Origin: Myxococcota bacterium
GTDB taxonomy: Bacteria > Myxococcota_A > UBA9160 > SZUA-336
NCBI GenBank assembly: GCA_965247115.1
Contig: CBDFGR010000003.1
Span: forward strand, 1,952,001-2,016,000
Length of the DNA: 64,000 bases
Direction: 5' to 3'
A program made the translations under genes and the position numbers. The notes under the pieces were generated by a model that saw only the letters and a program-made list of their open reading frames with translations, did no database searches and had not been told where the DNA came from. Below, piece after piece: positions 55,794 through 64,000 of this stretch. Every line of letters starts with the position of its first letter. Positions within the stretch are counted from its first letter, which is position 1.

Positions 55794-57182
55794 CTAGCTA
55801 GGTACGCCGAGGCGCCCGGTGATCGCGGACACTCGCCGGATCCGGACCGGGTGCTCGAAGCCCTTGGCCTCGACGTTCTGCTCCTCCTCGACGGTGACCA
55901 GATCGGCGACAACCTGCCAGGTCTCGTCGGAGATCAGGACCTCTCCTCCGCGCGTTTGAGCCTCGATGCGAGCGGCCAGGTTCACGGCCCTGCCGACCGC
56001 CGCGTACTTCGTGCGACGCTCCGACCCGATGTTCCCGACTACGACCTCGCCGGTTGCGACCGCGACTCCCATCTCGATCTCCGGTAGCCCCCGCGCGCGG
56101 TTTCTCTCGTTCACCTGGCCCATCGCGCGCTGCATGCCGAGCGCGCAAGCCACCGCTCGCGCAGCGTCATCTTCGCCCGCGAGCGGCGCCCCGAACAGAG
56201 CGAGGATCGCGTCGCCAATGAACTCGTCTATCGTGCCGCCGTGCTCCTGGATCACCTGCGTCATCGCACCAAGGTAGTTGTTGAGGAGCGCGACCACCTG
56301 CTGCGGCTCGAGCGAACCGGAGAGCCTTGTGAAGCTCCGCAGATCGCTGAGCAAGATGGTGACATGCCGCTTCTCCCCACCGAGCTCGAGGCTCTCCGCC
56401 TGGCTCATCACTGCATCGGCGACGTGATCGGAGACGTAACGACCGAACATGCGGCGGATGAAGGCGCCCCGCAGCTCCAGCTCTTGCGCAAGCGACTCCA
56501 TCTCGCGCGTAGCGCGCAGCACCTCGAGCTGAGTCTCGACGCGCGCGAGCACGATCGGGAAGTCGATCGGCTTGGTGACGTAGTCGTTCGCTCCGTGCCG
56601 GAGGCCCTCGATCACGTCGGAACGATCAGTCATCGCTGTCGCGAGGATGACCGGCAGCTCGCTGGTGGTGTGCTCCCGACGTATGGCGTCGAGCACCTCA
56701 AGCCCGCTCATACCCGGCATCATTACGTCCAGTAGCACCAGGTCGAAGCGCTTCTGGGAGATCTTCCGCAGGGCCTCGACTCCATCCACCGCCATGTCGA
56801 CGGCGTACCCGCTGCGCTCCAGGCGACGTGCGAGCATGTCGCGGTTGTTCGGCTCATCGTCGACCACGAGAATGCGCCCGGAGTCGGGTGCCTCAGGCGT
56901 CGACTCCTCACGCTGCTGTGCGGACGAAGCGGGTGCCGAGGGACCCGCATCGGTCCGGAGCGTCTCGTCCACGACCCGGAGGAGCTCCCCCGCGGCGCGG
57001 TGGACCTTCTCGAGATCTGGGACCAGATCCCGGTGTTCGTCGCGCGCCTCCTCGAGCAGCATCTCGGTGTAGCCGATGATCTGGCCCAGAGGCGTGCGCA
57101 TCTCGTGCTGCAGTCGGCGCAGGGTCGTCCGCGACTCGCGCCCGCTCTGCTTGTCCGGGCTCATGTCCAGAGAATACGTCAC
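55794..57182 (-). CDS. HisKA-REC-class III adenylate/guanylate cyclase
   Basis: HEMRTPL, a receiver domain (LDVMMP), SDLRSFT, FIGDAI, GNIGS and VNLAARIE. Alternative start at 57164. Confidence 0.93.
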   Translation of the reverse strand: MTYSLDMSPDKQSGRESRTTLRRLQHEMRTPLGQIIGYTEMLLEEARDEHRDLVPDLEKVHRAAGELLRVVDETLRTDAGPSAPASSAQQREESTPEAPDSGRILVVDDEPNNRDMLARRLERSGYAVDMAVDGVEALRKISQKRFDLVLLDVMMPGMSGLEVLDAIRREHTTSELPVILATAMTDRSDVIEGLRHGANDYVTKPIDFPIVLARVETQLEVLRATREMESLAQELELRGAFIRRMFGRYVSDHVADAVMSQAESLELGGEKRHVTILLSDLRSFTRLSGSLEPQQVVALLNNYLGAMTQVIQEHGGTIDEFIGDAILALFGAPLAGEDDAARAVACALGMQRAMGQVNERNRARGLPEIEMGVAVATGEVVVGNIGSERRTKYAAVGRAVNLAARIEAQTRGGEVLISDETWQVVADLVTVEEEQNVEAKGFEHPVRIRRVSAITGRLGVPS

Positions 57183-57323
57183 CGGATCGAGGAAGATCCG
57201 ACTGGGATCCTGGTGGAGGACCGGTCGCGGCGCGCTCCCGGTGCTCCGGCTCGGCCGGCGGGCGATCGGGGAAAGGTGAACGTTGCAGAGCTTCCGTTCG
57301 CGCGGCGCCGCAGAGGAATCGAC

Positions 57324-59489
57324 TTACTGATGCCCCGCCGAGTTCTTTTCGGCTTCCAGAAGAGAATTTCTGTCCAGGTTCGCTCTATGCAGGATATAGG
57401 AAAGGATGGCATCGCTATCTGCTTCTGTCAGCGCATCGCTGAAGTTGCCCATACCAGCATTTTCATACGCGCCCTTCAGTACGATTTCAGAGAAGATCTG
57501 CCGGGTTGCCGCGCTCATCATGCGTAGATCCGGTGGACCTCCGGAGCCTCGGGCAAAGGTACCGTGGCAGAGCGTGCAGTAACTATGATAGAGGATGCCG
57601 CCTCTACGCAGCGTATCCGCATCCGCAGTCGTTGCCGGTTGCCGGTGCGGCAGAAGAATCCGCTTCGCGGGGACATCCAGCTTCTGGTTGCCACCAAGCG
57701 CGAACACCAGAATCCGGCTGTGACTGCCATACACGGCCGTGGCGCTGGGTATCGGATTGTCACCGCCGATCTCGAACGAACTGGCGGACGCACCGGTCAT
57801 GATGGCGACATACTGCCGGTCATCCATTTCATAGGTGATGGGGGGAGCCAGAATGGATGTATAGGTATCGAAGCTCCACAGCTCCTCGCCGGTATCTTTG
57901 TCGTAGGCTTTCAGATGTCCATCGTCGCCGCCCTGGAAAAGCAGACCGCCGGCGGTTGCCAATACTCCGCCATTCCAGAAGAACGGCTGCTCAATCTGCC
58001 ACTTGTACTCGCCCTTGATCAGATCGAAGGCACCTAAATAGCCCCTCGGTTCCGGGAACTCAGTCAGGTTGGTCTCCAGGAAATTCGCAAGATCCACGTC
58101 CATCCCGGTGTTGGTGCCGGACCCCCCTTTCCATTCATAAACGCCGTTCTTCTTGGTCTGGGGATCGGCTCTGAAAAAGAAGGGATAGTCCCAGGTTCCC
58201 ATGTACACCACGCCGGCCTTGGCATCGTAGCTCATGGCCTGCCAGTTGTGAGCCCCGAACGGACCCGGTCAGATCCACTTCCCCTTTTCATAGTAACGGC
58301 CGCCATCAATCTCAACGGGCCGTCCAGTCTGCATGTCCACATGGCTTGCCCAGGTGACCGTCGCGTACTTTTCGGCGCGCAGAAGCTTGCCGTCGGTCCG
58401 GTCGATAACGTAGAAGAAGCCGTTTTTCGGAGCCTGGAGAATGACCTTGCGGTGCTTTCCATCGACTTTCAGCTCGGCGAGCGCCATGTCCTGGGTGGAT
58501 GTGTAGTCCCAGTTGTCCCCCGGCGTCTGCTGGTAGTACCACTGCATGGCGCCGCTGTTGGCGTCTACAGCGACGATAGAAGCGACGTAAAGATTGTCTC
58601 CACCGCCGGGGCTGCGAAATTCGCGTACCCAGGGCGCGGCATTGCCCGTGCCCAGATAGACCTGCTTCAGGTCCGGATCGTAAACGATGGAATTCCAGAC
58701 GTTGCCGCCACCGCCGTGCTTCCACCACTCTCCGTTCCAGGTTCTCGCAGCGGCTTCCAGCTCGGGGTGCTCAAAAGGTTCGGATGGATCTCCGGGTATC
58801 GACCAGAATCGCCAGGCCAGCTTGCCGGTACCGGCTTCGTAGGCGGATGTATAGCCACGGGTACCGGCCTCCGATGCAGCGTTGCCTATGTATATTTTCC
58901 CGCCCCCGATCCGAGGCGCTCCGGATATGAAGTACGGGACGCTTCGATCCGTGATGGTGTCCGTCCGCCAGACTTCCTCGCCGGTGCTCATGTCCACCGA
59001 CACCAGCCAGCCATCCATTGTCGCGATGATCAGTCGATCGCCATAGACGGCAATTCCGCGGCTGAACGATGTCCAGAGTCTGCTCTGACGGACCCGATCG
59101 ACGCCGGGGTCGAACTGCCATCGCTCTTCACCCGTCTTCGCATCGTAGACATGCACCACGTTCCAGGCGCTCGGCACGATCAGCAAACCGTTCACCACAA
59201 TTGGCGTTGCCTGCTGACCAAGGTAACTCTTGTAATCGTGATGCCAGACCAGGCCGAGGTCGGCGACTGTTTCTCTGTTCAGCTGCATGAGCGGTGAAAA
59301 GCGCTGCTCTTTGAAGTCCTGGCCATGTGCCATCCAGCTGCCCGGCTCGTCTTTCAACGCATTCTGAATGCGGGTGTCTGTGACCGGCTCGAACCGGGCT
59401 ACTTCGGCCTCAGAACCAACAGAGCTGGCGCCGGCTAGTGCAATCACCAGTGCCGCGAAACCCACTTGTGTGGATTTTCGATAAGTCAT
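57324..59489 (-). pseudogene. Type II quinohaemoprotein (PQQ + haem c) dehydrogenase interrupted by an in-frame TGA
   Basis: RFSPL.Q, QATP, GGGGNVW, WDYT and QAPKNGFFY, then KWI*PGPFGAHNWQAMSY (TGA 58269-58271). The frame continues to C-terminal CTLCH..PDLR. Confidence 0.85.
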
Positions 59490-59530
59490 GGCCCCAGCAG
59501 GAATGGCGACCTTCCTATGGAAGGGGATGT

Positions 59531-59592
59531 GTTTCGCGAGGACGGGACCCATGTGAGTCGCAAGCGTGTCTCGAAGCTGATGCGATTGCGCG
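59531..59592 (+). mobile_element. Possible tiny IS3-family transposase remnant
   Basis: Reads FREDGTHVSRKRVSKLMR, resembling the IS3 OrfB motif G..VSRKRV.RLMR. No ends or DDE region were seen. Confidence 0.35.
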
Positions 59593-59636
59593 CGTACTCG
59601 ACGCATACCGGCGAGGTCCTAGCGGAGGCGCCACAC

Positions 59637-60569
59637 CTAGATGGGCTGGCCGAAGCCCTCGCGGAGAATGTTCTCGGCGTCGCGGCCGGCGACGTAGCCG
59701 AGGGACGCGCTGCGGTAGCCGAGCAGCCGCTGTGCCTGCTCCGGAAGGGTCTTCGCGAACTCCGGCGGAACCGCCACGAACTGGTTCTCCTCCTGGGTCA
59801 GCCAGTTGACGGAGAAGATCGTGAGGAGCCCCGCGCGGTTCTGGTCGGTGGTGTTGGTGGCCAGGGCGTGGAAGGCCTTGCCGAGCCAGAAGAGCGCCGA
59901 ACCCTTGGGCATCACCGCCCGGGCCTCCTCGCGCTCGCGCGGCGCGCGGTCCGGGGGCCAGCGGTGGCTGCCCGGAACCACGCGGGTGGCCCCGTTCTCC
60001 TCGGTGAAGTCCGTGCACGCGTAGTTGACGGCGACGACCCAGTCCGGCTGGTCGGGTTCCTGCTGGATGAAGGGGCGGAAGGCGTCCATCTCGCGGTGCA
60101 GCACCTGGTGGCCGCCTCGGGCCCCGAGCTGGATGGAGCCCGAGAAGTGGACCCGGTAGTGGTGGCAGTTGGGGCCGTTCACCGGGTCTCGCTGCTCCGC
60201 CCGGAGGTACTCTTCATGGTCGTATATGCCGACCTCGTGCTGGGCCTGGGTCTTCGCGCTCGCCGGCCCCATCGGGTGCTGGGGGAGCAGCGTGCCGTCC
60301 AGCACGTCGAGGATCAATGAATTGCTCAGCAGGCGCTCGGCGAACACGGGATCGCGCCCGAAGAGATTCGAGCAGGTCCGCACGTTCTCCCCGTAGAACT
60401 CGGGCCCCGGGGATTCACGGACGAGTGGCTCGGCGGCAGCCACGAGCTCGTCCACGACGTCGTGCGGGAGCACCTCGCGAATGATCACCGCGCCCTCCTG
60501 GCGCAGCGTGCCCGCGATCTCGAGCGGCTTGGCGTCCTTCTCGTAGGATTTGATCTGGGGCTTGGTCAT
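59637..60569 (-). CDS. Phytanoyl-CoA dioxygenase (PhyH) family protein
   Basis: QVLHRE, TDFTEENGATRVVPGSHRW, FHA and WLTQEENQF motifs. Confidence 0.9.
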   Translation of the reverse strand: MTKPQIKSYEKDAKPLEIAGTLRQEGAVIIREVLPHDVVDELVAAAEPLVRESPGPEFYGENVRTCSNLFGRDPVFAERLLSNSLILDVLDGTLLPQHPMGPASAKTQAQHEVGIYDHEEYLRAEQRDPVNGPNCHHYRVHFSGSIQLGARGGHQVLHREMDAFRPFIQQEPDQPDWVVAVNYACTDFTEENGATRVVPGSHRWPPDRAPREREEARAVMPKGSALFWLGKAFHALATNTTDQNRAGLLTIFSVNWLTQEENQFVAVPPEFAKTLPEQAQRLLGYRSASLGYVAGRDAENILREGFGQPI

Positions 60570-62260
60570 ACCGTGTAGCTCGTGCTGCGCAGGAGCGACC
60601 CGGGCAGCGCGCCGGTGCACTTGCCGTCCTCGAATGTCACCTCGCCGTTCACCAGCGTGTAGCGGTAGCCCTCGGATTTCCGGACCATGCGCGGGTCTCC
60701 CTCCGGAGTGTCGTCCTGGAGGATCAGCCCGCTGTAGCTCAGCTTCTCCAGCTCGTAGATGTTGATGTCCGCCACCATGCCCTCGCGCAGCAGACCGCGG
60801 TCGCGGTAGCCCATGATCCAGGCGGGAAGGGCGCTCAGCTTGTAGTGCGCCTCTTGCAGAGTCAGAACCCCCTTGTCGCGCGTCCAGTCGGCGAGAACGT
60901 AGGTGGGCCAGTGCGCCAGGGTCGTAAAGGCGTAGTGCGCTCCGCCATCGGAGAGGGCGGGGCACGTCGAGGGGGCCTTGAAGATGGCTGCGGTCGCCTC
61001 GTCGTTCGACGTGTTGAAGCCGGGCACGTCGAACTCGGTCTGCAGACCCTCGTCGATGGCCAGATCCAGGAAGGCGTCCACGGGGTGTGCGCCGGTCGCC
61101 TGCGCGATCTCGGTGACGCTCTTGCCCTCGTACTTGCGGTTGCGCTCTTCTGCGGCCTCGGCGACGAAGACGCGGTCCCACTCTCCGTGGAAGGACCCGA
61201 TCCCCTTGTCGATCTCCTGCTTCATCTTCTCACGCACTCCGGGTGCCTTCAGCTTGGCGATGCGCTCCTCCGCGCTGCCGATCATGGGCTCCACCCAGGC
61301 CGGAGTGCTGTCGAACAGGTTGAAGCTGGCCAGACGGAAGCGCAGGTCCGTGGGCACGGCCGCCTGTGCGTAGAGCGGGAGCCCCAGCTCGAGGTTCTCC
61401 TCGGACCAGGCGAGCTCCTCTCTCCACGGGTCGAGCGCGTCAACCTTGTGCTGGACCACGCCGCCCCAGTTCATCGGGCGGCCGCTGCGCCGGCAGAGCT
61501 CGCGCAGCAGCTCCTTCTCGCCGGGGCGCCCGCCTGCGGTCCAGCAGACCGAGCCGATCCCGTACTCGCCGATGATCTCGGCCAGGGCGAGGGCCTCGGC
61601 ATCCCCGCTCACGTGCGAGGGTATCCAACCGCCGTCCTCGGCGTGGTCCTCGGGGTTCTTGTGGAACGAGATGCCCCAGGCCCCGGCATCCATCGCCTCG
61701 CGGAAGAGTGTCTTCATCCTGTCGAGCTCTTCCGGCTTCATCTCGGAACGCGAGCGCGCCTCTTCGACTCCCATCACGTAGGTGCGCAGCGGCGTGATGG
61801 GGACCATGGACGCGACGTTGACGCCCAGCCCCTGGCGGTCGATGGTGTCGAGATACTCGGGGAAGGTCTCCCATTCCCAGCGCAGCCACTTGTCGAGGGA
61901 CTCGGGCGGCATGGCCATCACACGGCACAGCAGCCGGGTGACAGCGTCGTGATCTTCCGCTCTACAGGGCGCCCAGCCGAAGCCGCAGACTCCGATGCTG
62001 ACCGTGGTGACGCCGTGCCAGCCGACGGGCGTGCAATAGGGGTCCCAGCGGAGCTGGGCGTCGTAGTGCCCGTGGATCTCGACGAACCCCGGCGCCACGA
62101 TGCAGCCCGTGGCGTCGATCTCGCGCTTCGCGTCGCCTCGCACGCCGCCGATTGCGGCGATCATGCCGTTGCGGATGCCGAGGTCGGCCTTGTAGGGTGC
62201 GATCTGGCCGCTGCCATCGACGACGGTTCCGTTGCGGATGATCGAGTCGTAGCTGGGCAT
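60566..62260 (-). CDS. N-acyl-D-amino-acid deacylase-like amidohydrolase
   Basis: VAPGFVEIHGHYD, HGVTT..GVCG, SDGGAH, DRGLLREGMVADI and VNGE...GALPG motifs. Confidence 0.9.
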   Translation of the reverse strand: MPSYDSIIRNGTVVDGSGQIAPYKADLGIRNGMIAAIGGVRGDAKREIDATGCIVAPGFVEIHGHYDAQLRWDPYCTPVGWHGVTTVSIGVCGFGWAPCRAEDHDAVTRLLCRVMAMPPESLDKWLRWEWETFPEYLDTIDRQGLGVNVASMVPITPLRTYVMGVEEARSRSEMKPEELDRMKTLFREAMDAGAWGISFHKNPEDHAEDGGWIPSHVSGDAEALALAEIIGEYGIGSVCWTAGGRPGEKELLRELCRRSGRPMNWGGVVQHKVDALDPWREELAWSEENLELGLPLYAQAAVPTDLRFRLASFNLFDSTPAWVEPMIGSAEERIAKLKAPGVREKMKQEIDKGIGSFHGEWDRVFVAEAAEERNRKYEGKSVTEIAQATGAHPVDAFLDLAIDEGLQTEFDVPGFNTSNDEATAAIFKAPSTCPALSDGGAHYAFTTLAHWPTYVLADWTRDKGVLTLQEAHYKLSALPAWIMGYRDRGLLREGMVADINIYELEKLSYSGLILQDDTPEGDPRMVRKSEGYRYTLVNGEVTFEDGKCTGALPGSLLRSTSYTV

Positions 62261-62278
62261 CTGGGTGCTCCCTGTCTC

Positions 62279-62330
62279 GTGAGACACGCACCATACTAGA
62301 TGTGGTGAGACACGGATCATACTACATGGG
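62279..62330 (-). repeat. 26-bp tandem duplication in the amidohydrolase promoter region
   Basis: GTGAGACACGCACCATACTAGATGTG versus GTGAGACACGGATCATACTACATGGG, 22/26 identical. Confidence 0.8.
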
Positions 62331-62691
62331 TGCCGGCGTCAACTACTCTTGCCGGTGGACGCTAACGATTTCTTCCGGTTCTTCCTCCCTCCTTTCCTCT
62401 TCCCTTCAGTAGGTTGGATCGTCAGTCTCGATCGCCGAGCCTCATCGGTGCGATAGCTCGGTAAGTCTCAAGGAAGCAGCTGTCCGAGCTTCTCTTCTTC
62501 CACCCGGACAGGACAGTGGATGTAGCAGTCCTCTGGGCAGACAAGCTGTTCGCGGAAGCGTTCAAGGCGAACCCGAACGCTGCTCCCATCATGGGTTCCG
62601 CTACTAGCGCGTTCGCGCATCATTCGAGTTTTCTCCTCCCCGCCCATGAGATACTCGCGCCCAACTGGAATTGGGAGACGGGGACCTAAGA

Positions 62692-63807
62692 TTGACAACC
62701 AGTCGACGTGAATTCTTGAAGACCGCTGTCGCCCTGCCCGCCGCTCTGCAGCTAGGCGCAGCGCAAGTGGGCGCGCAAGAGGCCACGGGCCAGAAGAAGT
62801 TCCGGCGCATCGCGCTGGAGGAGGCGTTCATCACGCCGGAGCTGTACGCGGCGTGGCGAAAACGCGGCGAGAAGGGGTGGGACGACGAGCCCGGATTTCA
62901 AGGCCTCGCTCCGATCCACTTCGACGACTCGCCGGGAGCCAAACTGATCCAGCAGCGCCTGATCGACGTCGGTGAGCTCCGAATCGAGGAGATGGATGCC
63001 ACCGGGGTCGACGTACACGTGGTATCGCTCACCGCACCGGGTGTCCAGATCCTGGACAAGCAGCCCGCGGTCGATCAGGCCAAGATCGCCAACGATACCC
63101 TCAGCGCGGCCGTAGCAGTCAACCCCGACCGCTTCGCCGGACTGGCTGCTGTGGCACCGCAGGCGCCGGCCGAAGCGGCGCGCGAGCTCGAACGGGGCGT
63201 GAAGCAGCTCGGCTTGCGCGGCGCCATCATCAATTCCCATACCTATGGCGAGTATCTCGACGATGAAAAATTCTGGCCGATCTTCGAGACCGCTGAATCC
63301 CTCGACGTGCCGATCTATCTGCACCCGCGCACGCCCTCGCCCGCCATGCTCCAGCCTTTCCTGAAGTACGGACTCGAATTTGCCACCTGGGGTTTCAAAG
63401 CCGAGACCGGCCTGCACGCGCTGCGTCTAATTTACGGAGGCGTGTTCGACAAGTATCCCAGCCTGACGATCATTCTGGGCCACATGGGCGAAGGCATCCC
63501 ATTCTGGTTGCAGCGCATCGACAACCGCTACCAGCTGCAGGTGAGGCTCGGCCAGATCAAGGCACTGAACATGAATCCCAGCGAGTATTTCAAGCGGAAC
63601 TTCATGATCACGACCAGTGGTGTGAACTTCCACCCGGCGCTCAAGCTCTCCCACGAAGTGCTCGGTGCCGACCGGATCATGTGGGCGATCGACTACCCTT
63701 ACGAGTCATCCAAGGACTCCGTGGAGTTCATGGATAGCGCCCCATTCCCCGCGGAAGACGTGCAGAAAATCTACGCCGGCAACGCGGAGCGTCTGCTGAA
63801 ACTCTAG
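62692..63807 (+). CDS. Amidohydrolase-2 family aromatic acid decarboxylase (LigW-like) with a Tat leader
   Basis: SRREFLK leader, IALEEAF, SLTAPGVQ, INSHT, YLHPR, GHMGE.IPFWL, ITTSGV and MWAIDYPY. Confidence 0.88.
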   Translation: MTTSRREFLKTAVALPAALQLGAAQVGAQEATGQKKFRRIALEEAFITPELYAAWRKRGEKGWDDEPGFQGLAPIHFDDSPGAKLIQQRLIDVGELRIEEMDATGVDVHVVSLTAPGVQILDKQPAVDQAKIANDTLSAAVAVNPDRFAGLAAVAPQAPAEAARELERGVKQLGLRGAIINSHTYGEYLDDEKFWPIFETAESLDVPIYLHPRTPSPAMLQPFLKYGLEFATWGFKAETGLHALRLIYGGVFDKYPSLTIILGHMGEGIPFWLQRIDNRYQLQVRLGQIKALNMNPSEYFKRNFMITTSGVNFHPALKLSHEVLGADRIMWAIDYPYESSKDSVEFMDSAPFPAEDVQKIYAGNAERLLKL

Positions 63808-64000
63808 GGAGAGAATCCCGACCCGCTCAATATTCGCCCCGAGTGTAGAACGTCCCGACGCTTCGACCCGTGTTCCCCTGGTTTTGCAGGCCGCTCTCTG
63901 GAGAGCGCTTGGCGCCAAAGGCCTGCCCGCGAGTGAGGATACGAACTCGCTCGCAGCTGAGAAGCTGGCTGTCGACCTTCTGGAAGTGATGGGGACAGCA

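Noticed and set aside
19537..59489. Alternative genetic code (TGA=Trp) suggested by two in-frame TGAs
   Set aside because: Many intact genes here (nadA, mauA, mauB, hyuA/B) end at TGA at their expected C-termini and Trp is encoded by TGG. The PhyH gene also carries a second lesion.
59637..60569. Fe/2OG halogenase among the PhyH paralogues
   Set aside because: All copies keep an acidic ligand (HxD or HxE) rather than the HxA/G of halogenases.
1..64000. CRISPR array, tRNA/rRNA, prophage or defence system
   Set aside because: No regularly spaced repeats, structural RNA signatures, phage genes or defence genes were recognised by eye. The patatin lipoprotein has no CBASS-type neighbours, and the cyclase is a two-component-linked class III enzyme.

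Overview
High-GC bacterial DNA with dense coding. The taxonomic guess (inference only) is a Myxococcota/Deltaproteobacteria-like organism, possibly a MAG. The first ~6.5 kb is mostly housekeeping: partial GH35 beta-galactosidase, trxB, greA, DUF151, nadA, a CDF transporter and bactofilin. The rest is a mosaic of catabolic and redox genes: three luciferase-like (LLM) oxidoreductases, a Ddn-like F420 reductase, four PhyH-type Fe/2OG dioxygenases (one pseudogenised), a dihydropyrimidinase, a translationally coupled dialkylglycine-decarboxylase-like + hydantoinase/oxoprolinase A/B operon, a GGT-family protein with Ser at the catalytic Thr position, two PQQ/haem c dehydrogenases (one split by an in-frame TGA), a minimal TTQ amine dehydrogenase cluster (large subunit, small subunit, cytochrome c; no mauE/D/G), a flavin amine oxidase, a D-aminoacylase-like protein and a Tat-signal LigW-like decarboxylase. 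There is also a hybrid kinase / receiver / adenylate cyclase module. One complete IS5-family element (20381-21655, CTAG target duplication) and several decay scars are present (VOC deletion, tannase remnant, possible IS3 remnant). No rRNA, tRNA or CRISPR array was recognised. The best candidates for undescribed biology are the dgdA-hyuAB operon, the accessory-less TTQ dehydrogenase, the 516-aa His-repeat protein and the Ser-type GGT. All family calls come from motif recognition, not database searches.
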